From Massalongia carnosa (lineage: Eukaryota), in assembly GCA_965645245.1 (NCBI GenBank), contig OZ287067.1, positions 62,001-126,000 of the forward strand: a stretch of 64,000 bases of DNA, given 5' to 3'. The notes beneath the pieces were generated by a model that worked only from the letters and a program-made list of their open reading frames with translations, did no database searches and was not told the origin of the DNA. A program made the translations under genes and the position numbers. This document shows positions 23,877 through 34,498 of the stretch, piece by piece (the first letter of the stretch is position 1; each line of letters opens with the position of its first letter).

Positions 23877-26800
23877 CGAGATGATTAGGGACTGTCCCCC
23901 CCCGATTGTCCCCCCCCCCCCCTCTGTGTAAATCTTTACTAGTAAACAGCCTTTTTACTACTCATCCAGGGTGCGTACAAGCTAGCAGTTACACTACGTA
24001 TTAATAACGTTGCTGTTACTGACTAAGTGTATTCCACACCTACAAATCTACCGATTGCGATGACTTCAACTCCAAAAACTCGTCAGCCAATTGCGATACA
24101 TCATCTTTTCTTGGCTTCATGGTTTAAGCCACCTTTCTCATCGCCGTTTCCTTTCTCGCTTGAGCCCTAGCCTGTTTGACTGATTTCTCGACTCTTTGCT
24201 GAGATTCCAACTCCAACTGAGCCTTTGATTTCTTCGCCACACCCCGAGACCTTCGCGTTGTTGCCGAGGAAGTAGGGAGAATTTGACTGGTGCGCACGTT
24301 TTGGCTAAGAATATAAAGAGATGGAGGCGGCGCTGCCTGAGGTAGGCCTTTTTGAATATGCTTGGCAAGCGCATCGTCAATATCTTCGATCAAATCCGAC
24401 GAGGCTTCTGATGTAAGAATAATATCATTTTCGTCATCCGAAGGAAGCATAGGATCCATAGAACGACCGAGAATGAGCTGAGTGCTTATATACTGCACCT
24501 CGTCATCATCGTCGGAGTCGATAGACGCGTTTTCGATTCTCTCCATAACTAAGTTTTCTCCTAAACCTATTGTACCCAATATTAGCCGACCCGAGCGCAA
24601 TAACTTTCCACCATCGTGAATTTTACCTTCAGTTTCACCTTCAACCTCATCGTCGCCCCCAGCACGCAATCTATTATATCTAAGCCTCCTCCCTTGTTCA
24701 ATAGAGTCCCTTCGCCTAGTACGTCGCTGTTCAGTTTCTCTAGCCTCAGCTGCCTCGCGACCACTGTAGGCACGTCGACGACTCCCTCCTTTCTTTTACT
24801 TGAGGTTTTCTTTGGGCCGAATTTCGTCGGGGAATGTGGTGGGGATGAGAGGTCTTACCAGCTCCTTCTTTTGCCATTTCTTATTGAAATTTTCAACGAT
24901 GTGAGCATGCTCGCGAGCGTACTCCTCCCTTCGATGAGAATCTTCTATTGATTGATGCAGGTCAATAGATTGATATGCCACAGAATGTAGCAAATCAATG
25001 CCCCCGCGGCGAAATCTATCCTCACTCAACACGCCTTCTTCGAGCTCGACCTCATCCTTATCCGCCTCAATCTCTCCCGTCCCTTCGACCTCATCGACGG
25101 TCTTTTTGACCTCGGGCTCCGAGCCGCGCGCGAAATCGAAGGTCATTTGCCAAGAGACCGCATAAGGTGGGCCATCAAAAAACCAGCGGGGGTGGATGAG
25201 GGAAACGGGAATAGGGACCGAGTCGATGATGCATTTATACAACCAGCATTTGCATGGGAGACCGATCCTTAAAGGCAACTCACAACCATAAACACAGCTT
25301 CCACCATCAGGGACAATAGAAAGGATTCGTTCAGCTAATGATTTGGCGGCATCGAGTTCTCTTGAAACGAGGCCAATGGCATGATGCGTAATTTTCCCAA
25401 TGAGTAACGTAAAAGCATTTCTATCGATCAATCTAGGATTGCGTATTCGCTGTTGATTGCATTAAATCTCCTGATCTAATTGTTTTTTCCGCACCTCATC
25501 ACATATTTTCTGCACCGATTGTCTTATAGGAGTATTTCTATTGGTCACATTTTTAACCAATGAATGTAGATCTTCTGAACGCTGTGTGCTGTGTGCGCCT
25601 AAATTAGGGAGTTTAGTAGTATATGCATGCACGAATTGAATTTCTTGACGTTGATAGAAATTCAAGAGATAATCCTGCGAAAGAGGTAGCGTTAGCAGTA
25701 GCCCTAACTCGCTTGAAATTTAATTTGATATATCACTACTAACCTTTTCTGCAGGATGTAGTTCATTCAGCAACTTTCATCGTCTCTCATCCAACTCATC
25801 AATAGTGGGGGATTTTATATAATCCCAAATCAGAGTCTCCAGCTTTTTGCGCACTTCTTGGGGATATTTTCCTACCCTGATCAGTCGTTTTTTTATTGCC
25901 TCGGCCGCATGCCACGTGCACAGCTGCAGAACGCATCTCACCTCGCCCGCTTTTATCGTTGATTGGTTTAGATTTTCGGCGACCTCTCTTGCAATGGTCA
26001 ATACAGCATCGAGATCAATTGCCGGAGCCTTAGCTTTTCTTTGCATGGCTACAGTCAACCCAGCTGTATAATCCCCGAGAATCACCCCAGGCCCGGGGCA
26101 ATAATCATGAAAAATCAACTCTTTCATACATTCGAAAATAAAAGTGAAACATTCGGCCGATTCGGAAGTTATATAGCAATAAGCGACGGGAAACGAAAGG
26201 TCGGTATTAGTGATTCCCACCAAAATGGATAAAGGCAAGTTCAATTTATTAGTATTGAACGTTGCATCCGTTTCTAATAAAAACCCACCCACGAAACGTC
26301 GAGGCAGCCTAATTTGCTCTGCATTGCAAAAAAAAAATTGTTCTATTACCCGTCTCTCACGCACATTATTCTTAACAATATATTTTTCCTTACACCGTAC
26401 ATGAAAGCCCCTGTCTTTCAACGAGCCCAAGGCAAAAACATGCTCTTCTTCAGGCGTGTGAGCTCACTCCGAATGAGCGAGATTATAATAATCGCTCCTC
26501 GACAGACGGAGTCCTTGGATTCCTAATATTCTCGCTGCTTGGCCATATTGGGTTGACGATGCACGGAGACTCTTCCCTTGATCTAGGGCATCTGTTCGAT
26601 CAGGGTCCCTACTATGATGTTCTCTGAATGCAAAGGGATCAGTGACCATCTCATGATTGTGCTCGGAGTTAGTGACTATTAGTCTCCATGTATTGTCTTT
26701 GTTTTTTTTGAGACGGAGGCGATAAGGGCACTCATTGAACGAAACTTTGGTATTGGCTCGCACCCGGTCTTCCTCCTCTACTTTTCTAGTGTTTCTGACT

Positions 26801-27373
26801 CTTTTGTGGTGGCGTGTGCAGTCTAATACAATTAAATGGTTTTTCTTATCGTGAGTTTCTGTGACCAACGCGAAGCCCTGGGTGAAGGCATAGTCTTGAA
26901 GACGAGTCTTTGCCTCCTCCCAAGACGAAAATAACTCATTCTCTTGCAGAGGGAGGAGGTGAAATAGGGGTAGAAGGGCAATGGCATGTTGCTTCCCTGC
27001 ATCCAAAGAAGTGGAATCGAACTCCATCGCGATGAGGAGTAGTAAAATATATAATATGAGGTATAGCAAAAGTGGAAGGGGAGATTTAGGGAGGGCAAAG
27101 GGTTAGGACAAGGGCAAGGGCAAATGGGAAGTGAGGGTGAGGGTGAGGGTGGGGGTGAGGGTATGCTTTATCAGACCGAGTAGGGTAATTATTAGTAGCA
27201 ATAACATGTCATACGATTTAAACCGAAAAGAGTTTAACGTGCTGTTGGCAGTTGCATTAGTTACTAGCTTGTTCGCACCCTGGATAAGCAGTGAAATAGC
27301 TGTTTACTAGCAAAGATTTACACAGGGAGGGGGGGGGGGGACGGTCGGGGGGGAATTGTCCCTAAGCACCTCG
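23877..27373 (-). mobile_element. Mutator-like (MULE) DNA transposon
   Basis: ~110-bp imperfect TIRs with poly-C/poly-G runs; 9-bp TSD ACATATAGG at 23868-23876 and 27374-27382. Confidence 0.94.
24124..27069 (-). pseudogene. MULE transposase (FAR1-like N-terminus, DDE domain, SWIM-like finger), interrupted
   Basis: HNHE, ETDATFNTNKLNLPL, QLCTWH, TQRSE, C..GC...IGLPCKC motifs across ORFs 26464-27069, 25777-26430, 25462-25665 and 24796-25431. Confidence 0.88.
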
Positions 27374-27936
27374 ACATATAGGTGCCCCACGCCGGGTACG
27401 TCACTGTACCTCCTTAGGCGCTCATGTATTGCGCCCGCTGGCTAGCAGTACTGAGTACCGCTGTAACACATATATAATATCCAGTTTGGTTGAATCCTCA
27501 GGATTATACCCATTGTCACGAGATTTCTTTCCATATGTTTGATGGAAGATGTGCTGATGCCGGTGATCTTTGCGATCTCTTTAGTACTGATGCCGGCCTC
27601 AGCTGAGCTTAAAGCTTGCAATCTGAGATCAGTTGGATTGCATAATTGCCTTTGAAGACATAATTTTAATTTAGTTATGTAAATAGCTTTAACAATTTCG
27701 TTTTTAGACGTTTACAATATTTGCAAATTCAAGCTATAAGGTAAAAATTAAGTAAAACTTGTAACGGTTCGACTATGCGTGGTGCGAACGGCAGGACCTA
27801 CAGCGAAAATAGCAGGAGTCGTAGTTATAGTAGAATAGAGCTTGGTCTGCGGACTAAGTATTGTGCTTTTTAGTCGGGAAGGACAGGTGGCGCAATGGTA
27901 GAAATCTATTCACTATCTCGCTTCGTCACAGAATAC

Positions 27937-28292
27937 CTAGTTCGGCTATGCTGAGAGCTAGTGCGTCGTTAATCGAGACAGCTCCCGCTTTGATTTCGGC
28001 ACCGCATGGATCTCTCGGACGGCATAGATGTCTCAGCACCATAAGGATGTCTCAGCACGGCATAGAGATCTTAGCACCGCATCGATCCTTCGGACGACAG
28101 TTAGGTTTCGGATTTGTGTATGCCTTGCTATGGGCCGCGTTGATGGGGCATACTGGGATGGTAGAGTAGGACAAGGAGAATAGGAAGAAGATATATAAAG
28201 AGGAGGTCCCAGACGGTATCCCTCATCATCTCACATCTCAAGACAATCAAAAAGCATAGCATTTTGATAGCACTGTTTGCAACGTTTTCTTT
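27937..28292 (+). repeat. Ngaro split direct repeat A1
   Basis: 356-bp match to 32333-32688. Confidence 0.92.
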
Positions 28293-28360
28293 TCACCCAA
28301 TTCAAATTTATACAACCACTACACTTAAATTTACTCTATTCAAATCCCTCTCCTCCAAAA

Positions 28361-29515
28361 ATGGCCACCCGCATCTCCAACAGAATCACCAAGCCTACCT
28401 CCCGCACACAAGGCAGCACTCTAGCCCGTACTAGAACTAGAGCTAGGGCAAATCTAGCCAACTCCAACCCAGACGTCGAAGTACCCGACTCACAAGACAG
28501 CACGGCAACCCTTCAAAGCCATCCTCAACCTTCTCCTCTTCCATCTTCAGCGTTTAATTCCTCCTCACAAGGGCCTGTTATACCGGAAACCCGTTCTCGC
28601 ACCCCTGATGACATTATTGAACTTAGAGCACAACGCGAAATGTCCCGCAGGGAAGCCGAGGAAAGAGAAAGAGTAAGTCTTAGGCGGGATATCGAAACCC
28701 AACAAGCACGTGCCCGAGACGTGGTCCCTGGGCCAGTAGCCTCAGCTCAACAGCCTTCCCTATTATTTCCGACATCATTTCCACCGCATCGACCAAACTC
28801 ATTGTATACAGAAGGTATGGATCCTCGTTTTGTTTCTCTTATGAACGAATATCCCACTATCAAGCCCATATGGATAAAGCAAATCTCCGAGAATACGTTT
28901 GACCCAATCAACATTACCAAGCTATGTACCGACATCGACGGAGTTCAAACCAACTCTAGATACGTCAAACTCGGAGAAGGTCTGGAAATCGCCACGAGAG
29001 AAGAAGATGGCTCCTTAAAAGATATCAAAGGGATAGTTCATTTGATACGATGTCTCGGGGTATATTGGATGATACTACTACACTTTGCACACCCCGGTCT
29101 CCAGATAAACCTGATGAGAGCCTTCATGGCTTATCAGGACCATCTTCTATCATTATACGCCTTCTACACCTGGGACTCGGTTCGCATCTTTCATTTGAAT
29201 TTCCACAAATCTCGAGCCTTTCGCGGGATTGACAACCCGGATGGATGGAAAGAAATGGACCATTCCTTGGAAAGGCATCTTGTGCGGAAACCGTCCGCTT
29301 ACTTTGCAAAACCGGACGATAATTCTACGGCTTTCAAAACCTCAGGCGAAAAGATTATCTGTAAGAAATACAACTATGGCAAAGACTGTCCCGTATATTG
29401 TAGATTCCAACATGTGTGTGAGAAATGTGGAAAGCAACATCGGGCGATGGACTGTACAAATGGAAAAAATCAACCCTCTAACCCAAATTCGATGCCTCTC
29501 CCATCAAGGCAATGA
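28361..29515 (+). CDS. Ngaro gag-like ORF1
   Basis: ATG at 28361; C-terminal CKKYNYGKDCPVYCRFQHVCEKCGKQHRAMDC fingers. Confidence 0.85.
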   Translation: MATRISNRITKPTSRTQGSTLARTRTRARANLANSNPDVEVPDSQDSTATLQSHPQPSPLPSSAFNSSSQGPVIPETRSRTPDDIIELRAQREMSRREAEERERVSLRRDIETQQARARDVVPGPVASAQQPSLLFPTSFPPHRPNSLYTEGMDPRFVSLMNEYPTIKPIWIKQISENTFDPINITKLCTDIDGVQTNSRYVKLGEGLEIATREEDGSLKDIKGIVHLIRCLGVYWMILLHFAHPGLQINLMRAFMAYQDHLLSLYAFYTWDSVRIFHLNFHKSRAFRGIDNPDGWKEMDHSLERHLVRKPSAYFAKPDDNSTAFKTSGEKIICKKYNYGKDCPVYCRFQHVCEKCGKQHRAMDCTNGKNQPSNPNSMPLPSRQ

Positions 29516-31132
29516 CTAACCGCCCCATTCTTATCCATCGCGGAGTCCTTTCCATACACCTTGACGGACAATCTAACAAAGATCCCACCGGGCCCATTGA
29601 AGAAAGAAGGCTGGGAGAAACATTTGGCCAATCACCCGGATCGCACTTACACACAAACAATTATCGATATCATCACCTACGGTGCCAAAGTTGGTTATAC
29701 AGGACCACATCAACTCATTATTAGCGATAATCTTGCCTCTGCAAATGAGGCACCGGAAGTTCTTACCAATGACCTCGAAGAACAAATAGCTAGTAATCGG
29801 TTGGAGAAAGTCAACAACATTCCTTCTTGCTTTATATGTTCCCCATTAGGCCTTGTACCAAAGGCTAACGGTGGTTGGCGGCGAATCCATCATCTATCGT
29901 ATCCGGAGAGTAGCTCAGTCAACGACCACATACCGGAAGACTGGGGCTCCCTGGAATATACCAGCTTCGACGAAGCCATTAGGTTGATTGAGCAACGCGG
30001 GCCAGGGTGTATTCTTATTAAAAGAGACTTTGCGGACGCTTTTCGCCACATACCAGTAGCAAAAAGCGATTGGTGGTTACTAGGTTTCAAGTGGCAGGAT
30101 TCCTTTTGGATGGATAAATACTTACCCTTTGGGCTGAGAACGTCGCCGTTCCTTTTTGATCTGTTCGCGAAGGGTATCAACTGGATATTGTACAACTGTG
30201 GTTGGAAAGACGCTATTCATTACTTGGATGATTTTTTAATAATAGTCAGCACCGGACCAGATGCTGAAAAGTTTGATCAAGTTTTCCACAACATTTGTAA
30301 AGATCTTGGCATGAAAATCAAGCTCGAAAAGAACAGAACTGGAACGACTTGCGATTTCCTCGGCATTGAAATCGATACCGCGCTCATGGAAGCACGCTTG
30401 CCTTCCGAAAAGTTACTAAAAGCAAAGACCCTAGTATCGGCAGCTTTGAATAAAAAAGCCATACCCAGGAAGGAACTCGACTCTCTTCTAGGATTCTTAT
30501 GCTTTGCAGCCAGAGTGGTAAAACCAGGAAGAGCCTTTCTACGCCGTCTTTTCAATGCTACGGCAAGCGTAACCTCTAAACTAATCCATCTTAACAAGGA
30601 CATGAGGGCTGATCTTCTATGGTGGCATCATTTCCTACCTAAATGGAATGGCATACATCTGCTCAACCGTACTAGACATACTATGAGAATATGGACAGAT
30701 GCGTCCGGCTCATATGGTATGGGCGGCTTTATCCTCAGCGAGGATCAAAATTTGCATAATATACAAGCAGCCCGGCAGGCTTTTAGCACACGCTTTACTA
30801 CGCGCCTTAGGGCAAAGCATATCAACGTCAAAGAAATGACAGCAATTCTTCAAGCTATGAAAAAGTGGCTACCTATATGCAAGGGTAGTCATTTAATCCT
30901 CTATTGTGATAGCTACGCTGTCACGAAAGGAGTGAATAAAACCTCTATACGAGGCCAAGCAATGCATGCCCTGCGGGCAATTACAATGCTAGCTGCATTA
31001 CATGATATCCAGATAGAAGCGCGATGGATATCATCCAAAGAAAATTATATTGCTGATCTCTTGTCTAGAGGACTTTTGAAGAAACTGGCTGACAAAATCC
31101 CTCAGTTTCAGGCTCTACCCTCAGCAATATAG
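29516..31132 (+). CDS. Ngaro reverse transcriptase/RNase H (in frame with gag after a TGA)
   Basis: SPLGLVPK, KRDFADAFR, LPFGLRTSP, YLDDF, WTDAS, NYIADLLSR; uninterrupted. Confidence 0.92.
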   Translation, partial: LTAPFLSIAESFPYTLTDNLTKIPPGPLKKEGWEKHLANHPDRTYTQTIIDIITYGAKVGYTGPHQLIISDNLASANEAPEVLTNDLEEQIASNRLEKVNNIPSCFICSPLGLVPKANGGWRRIHHLSYPESSSVNDHIPEDWGSLEYTSFDEAIRLIEQRGPGCILIKRDFADAFRHIPVAKSDWWLLGFKWQDSFWMDKYLPFGLRTSPFLFDLFAKGINWILYNCGWKDAIHYLDDFLIIVSTGPDAEKFDQVFHNICKDLGMKIKLEKNRTGTTCDFLGIEIDTALMEARLPSEKLLKAKTLVSAALNKKAIPRKELDSLLGFLCFAARVVKPGRAFLRRLFNATASVTSKLIHLNKDMRADLLWWHHFLPKWNGIHLLNRTRHTMRIWTDASGSYGMGGFILSEDQNLHNIQAARQAFSTRFTTRLRAKHINVKEMTAILQAMKKWLPICKGSHLILYCDSYAVTKGVNKTSIRGQAMHALRAITMLAALHDIQIEARWISSKENYIADLLSRGLLKKLADKIPQFQALPSAI

Positions 31133-32148
31133 GACGCGATCCACCCCCATCTTGGTACAGTGAGGTACCTCTAGACGAAATCGCAGCACGATACCTCTGG
31201 TGGGGCCTGGCCACTAAGATAAGATCTTTATACACAACGGCAAGAAAGGGATACGTTCTTTACTGTAGGGTAAACCTCAACGCGCCACCATTTCCAGCCA
31301 ACATCCGGACGCTGTCTTCGTGGATCGCAGCGTTGGGTGAACGACGCCTGCAACCAAAAACTATTAAAAGCTACTTGACGGGCATAAGATCATGCCAGAT
31401 AGATATGGGCCTCGGTAATCTCGACGTATTTCATCACCCGGTGTTAGATCGCATCCTTACTGGCATAAAGCGAAAGAACGGTGAAGCCGAGAAACGTGAA
31501 AGGTTACCAATTACTAGAGAGATCTTAATCAAATTGCTAAGTCGTCTTGATCAAACGAAAGAGAAAGGCGCAAATTTACATGCGGCGTACTGCTTAGCGT
31601 TTGCAGGCTTCTTACGAGCCGGAGAATTTACTTACACAACGCAAGATGTACTAGACCCAAGCTTTGATCAATGGCACCTCACCAGAAAATCTATTAGGTT
31701 CGAAGCAGATCACCTACAGCTCTCTCTACCAGTCTCCAAAACCGATCCCTTTCGCCGAGGCATAACACTGACAATTGCGGCTACCAACGATGTTGCTTGT
31801 GCACTAGCTTCTCTTACAAATTTATATAGGCGATTCCCAAGTTCTCCGGCCGCACCACTCTTTAAAAACGGTCAGTCCTTCACTCGAGACTACATTACAA
31901 CAGCGATGAAATCCACCTTAAGGAACTTGGGCTATATAGGAAATTTCTCTGGCCACTCGTTCAGAAGAGGTGTGGCAACAACAGCGCGACGGGCAGGACT
32001 CACCGAAGACGAGATTCAGATGCTAGGAAGATGGAAGTCAGACGCATACAAGCTTTACATACAAACCCACCCCACTTACCTTCTTAACGCCTCAAAACGC
32101 CTTCAAACATTACCCACGGAACCTCACAATCCAGTCACTAGGTCCTGA
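31093..32148 (+). CDS. Ngaro tyrosine recombinase (stop-to-stop frame overlapping the RT/RH end)
   Basis: FLRAGE, SKTD, GHSFRRG, LGRWKSDAYKLY motifs; frame open from 31093. Confidence 0.9.
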   Translation, partial: QNPSVSGSTLSNIGRDPPPSWYSEVPLDEIAARYLWWGLATKIRSLYTTARKGYVLYCRVNLNAPPFPANIRTLSSWIAALGERRLQPKTIKSYLTGIRSCQIDMGLGNLDVFHHPVLDRILTGIKRKNGEAEKRERLPITREILIKLLSRLDQTKEKGANLHAAYCLAFAGFLRAGEFTYTTQDVLDPSFDQWHLTRKSIRFEADHLQLSLPVSKTDPFRRGITLTIAATNDVACALASLTNLYRRFPSSPAAPLFKNGQSFTRDYITTAMKSTLRNLGYIGNFSGHSFRRGVATTARRAGLTEDEIQMLGRWKSDAYKLYIQTHPTYLLNASKRLQTLPTEPHNPVTRS

Positions 32149-32184
32149 ACAACACCGCAAGCGGGTCGTTCCATGTTGGGGATT

Positions 32185-32875
32185 GGGAGTCTGTTCACAG
32201 CCCAAGGCCTGCGAGAGGGTCTTACATTAGTAGACAGCAAGGCCCTTATCGAGTCCCCCTCTCGAGGCCGGGGGCTGTGAGCAATAGCCCAAACATACTT
32301 AGTAGCAATATAACGAGATTGACACGAACTAGCTAGTTCGGCTATGCTGAGAGCTAGTGCGTCGTTAATCGAGACAGCTCCCGCTTTGATTTCGGCACCG
32401 CATGGATCTCTCGGACGGCATAGATGTCTCAGCACCATAAGGATGTCTCAGCACGGCATAGAGATCTTAGCACCGCATCGATCCTTCGGACGACAGTTAG
32501 GTTTCGGATTTGTGTATGCCTTGCTATGGGCCGCGTTGATGGGGCATACTGGGATGGTAGAGTAGGACAAGGAGAATAGGAAGAAGATATATAAAGAGGA
32601 GGTCCCAGACGGTATCCCTCATCATCTCACATCTCAAGACAATCAAAAAGCATAGCATTTTGATAGCACTGTTTGCAACGTTTTCTTTCCCACCCACCCA
32701 CTCCAGTTCTTCTGTCGCTTAGATAGAGGGAGTCTGTTCACAGCCCAAGGCCTGCGAGAGGGTCTTACATTAGTAGACAGCAAGGCCCTTATCGAGTCCC
32801 CCTCTCGAGGCCGGGGGCTGTGAGCAATAGCCCAAACATACTTAGTAGCAATATAACGAGATTGACACGAACTAG
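32185..32875 (+). repeat. Ngaro 3' repeat block B1-A2-spacer-B2
   Basis: B1 and B2 are 148-bp direct repeats; A2 repeats A1. Confidence 0.92.
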
Positions 32876-33249
32876 TTAGTCATCAATCGGTGTACTAGTC
32901 GTGAGTTCGATTCCTGACCTGAGTTCCACGCTTTTTCGCCTTGCTTCGACGGACTAAAGCTAGGACGAAACGGGAAAGCGTTGGATGAAAACTCTCTACG
33001 GAGTAAGTCGGATCGGCGAGGGCGGTACGCTAAGAAGAGCCCATTCTTCGGGGCTAGCCGCAGCTAGACGGGCGGTAGTGAAAGTACTCAACCAAGCGTG
33101 GTGCGGACGGCAGGACCTACAGCGAACATAGTAGGAGTCCCAGTTGTAGTAGAATAGAGCTTGGTCTGCGGACTAAGTATTGTGCCTTTTGGTCGGGAAG
33201 GACAGGTGGCGCAATGGTAGAAATCTATTCACTATCTCGCTTCGTCACA

Positions 33250-33451
33250 CTATCGAGTACATGTGGAAAGGCTGTAAACAGAAGATCAAACGATATCTCG
33301 TTTAGTCACGAACGCAAGGAATATGTTTATAGCAGGAACGAACGAATGGAACGATTTAGTGCTGAAGAATAAGCATGTGAAATGGATCAAAACGATGCGG
33401 AATCGTTTTCGGGCTTTGATTAAAAATCACGGTTTTTTCACCAAATATTGA
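33250..33451 (+). pseudogene. C-terminal relic of a Tc1-type transposase
   Basis: IEYMWKGCK...EWNDL...WIKTMRNRFRALIKNHGFFTKY* resembles the Tc1 C-terminal pattern. Confidence 0.65.
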
Positions 33452-33609
33452 GTGTAAAATAAGCCTCAAATTATCAGATTTACTAGTTCATACATACATC
33501 TGACTTCGCTATCAATTGTAAAAATAAGCATGCTGAACTGAAGGTATAATATTTTTGTTGAAATAGGTATATGACTATGGCTATATGGCTATATGGCTTG
33601 CCTCAGTAC

Positions 33610-33761
33610 CTCAGACCTGCCTTGCCCTCGCCACAGCTAAACCTATTCAGATTAGTATATTATTATTAGTCTAAATCTAAGCTAGTTTAGTGAATAGTTT
33701 AACTATTTTGGGTTAAGACTCTGTTTAGCTTACTACGCATGCTTCGGGCGGCAGGTCTGAG
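33610..33761. repeat. Short inverted-repeat (MITE-like) structure
   Basis: CTCAGACCTGCC/GGCAGGTCTGAG arms plus inner AGCTAAAC/GTTTAGCT around an AT-rich core; no clear TSD. Confidence 0.45.
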
Positions 33762-34498
33762 TTCAAAACTCTGTAATTTTGCCAGGTTCGCGTTATTTTG
33801 GTGACAACACATGTAAAGTTCGTGCTTAAGATATAAAATCATCGTTTTTCACGTTCAGGACAGGATCAACGACAACACATGATAATTGTTATATAATACT
33901 TTATTGTCGCCGCTACTTTCAGATATGCTTTATTGAATACCCTAAAATTTAAACGCCCTGCATGCGTTGCGCGAATATCTTCCTCGTCGAGCAACATCGA
34001 CTCAAATTGTTTCTCAAATCCTGTAAGAGTCAGACCTGGCGATTATCAGACACCAGGCCTAGGGATATGTGACAATGTGAAGACACTAATGATTTGCTAT
34101 ACTAATATACTAAAAGAAGTATGTAGGTAAAGCGGAAGACTAATCGTTGAAGATTGCATCTCCCTCGAGCAGCCTCCTTATATACCCGGACCGAAGCCCT
34201 TGACCCTCTGGGCCCTTGATACTGTAACTATCTTGACCGCCCATTACTCCTACCGGATAAGCCGGCTAAACACTCTGCTGACTGCATCGTGGACACTGTG
34301 CTGACTGTATCGTAAACACTGTGCTGACTGTATCGTGGACATTGTGCTGACTGTATCGTACCATCCGCTCACTAGTCGTACGAGCATCCTCGTATATCTC
34401 GATCGCTCGTACTATACTCTCGGCAGTAGATACCAACCGCGTAACGCAGACCAACTGCTTTCCATATGACTAAGCCTAGCCGTAGAACTAAGCCCCGC

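Larger units (their letters stand above)
23777..27468. mobile_element. ~186-bp solo LTR split by a MULE (23777-23876 + 27383-27468)
   Basis: TGTAAC...TAACA ends; TSD CATAT at 23772-23776 and 27469-27473. Confidence 0.82.
23679..27650 (-). pseudogene. N-terminal relic of a Tc1-type transposase, split by a solo LTR + MULE and joined to the TPR relic
   Basis: Reconstructed LRLQALS..AGISTKEIAKITGISTSSI...KSRDNGYNPE...YVRDRPRP..KKITCQKETRMIAHVTKNR resembles the N-terminus of the 8545-10074 transposase. Confidence 0.72.
27937..32875 (+). mobile_element. Apparently intact Ngaro-type tyrosine-recombinase retrotransposon 2
   Basis: Split direct repeats A1 (27937-28292) - ORFs - B1 (32185-32332) - A2 (32333-32688) - B2 (32728-32875); gag, RT/RH and YR frames open. 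Confidence 0.95.
27760..33249. mobile_element. Small non-coding TRIM/LTR-like unit (~550 bp once the Ngaro insertion is removed)
   Basis: TG...CA 171-bp repeat 27760-27930 and second copy 33091-33249 lacking the first ~12 bp; solo copy at 42086-42256; no TSD here. Confidence 0.65.

Noticed and set aside
6878..32148. Tyrosine recombinases as Starship captains or Cryptons
   Set aside because: Each follows gag and RT/RNaseH and is intronless and short, consistent with Ngaro/DIRS retroelements
27881..32930. Functional tRNA gene split by Ngaro
   Set aside because: D-stem, anticodon stem and T-stem do not pair properly; only the boxes and spacing are tRNA-like
32945..33000. Hammerhead ribozyme (GGACGAAAC)
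   Set aside because: No CTGANGA core at the required position
34270..34362. Regular 23-bp repeats (CACTGTGCTGACTGTATCGT...) as a CRISPR-like array
   Set aside because: Head-to-tail with no unique spacers, inside both Gypsy B LTRs, eukaryotic context, no cas genes
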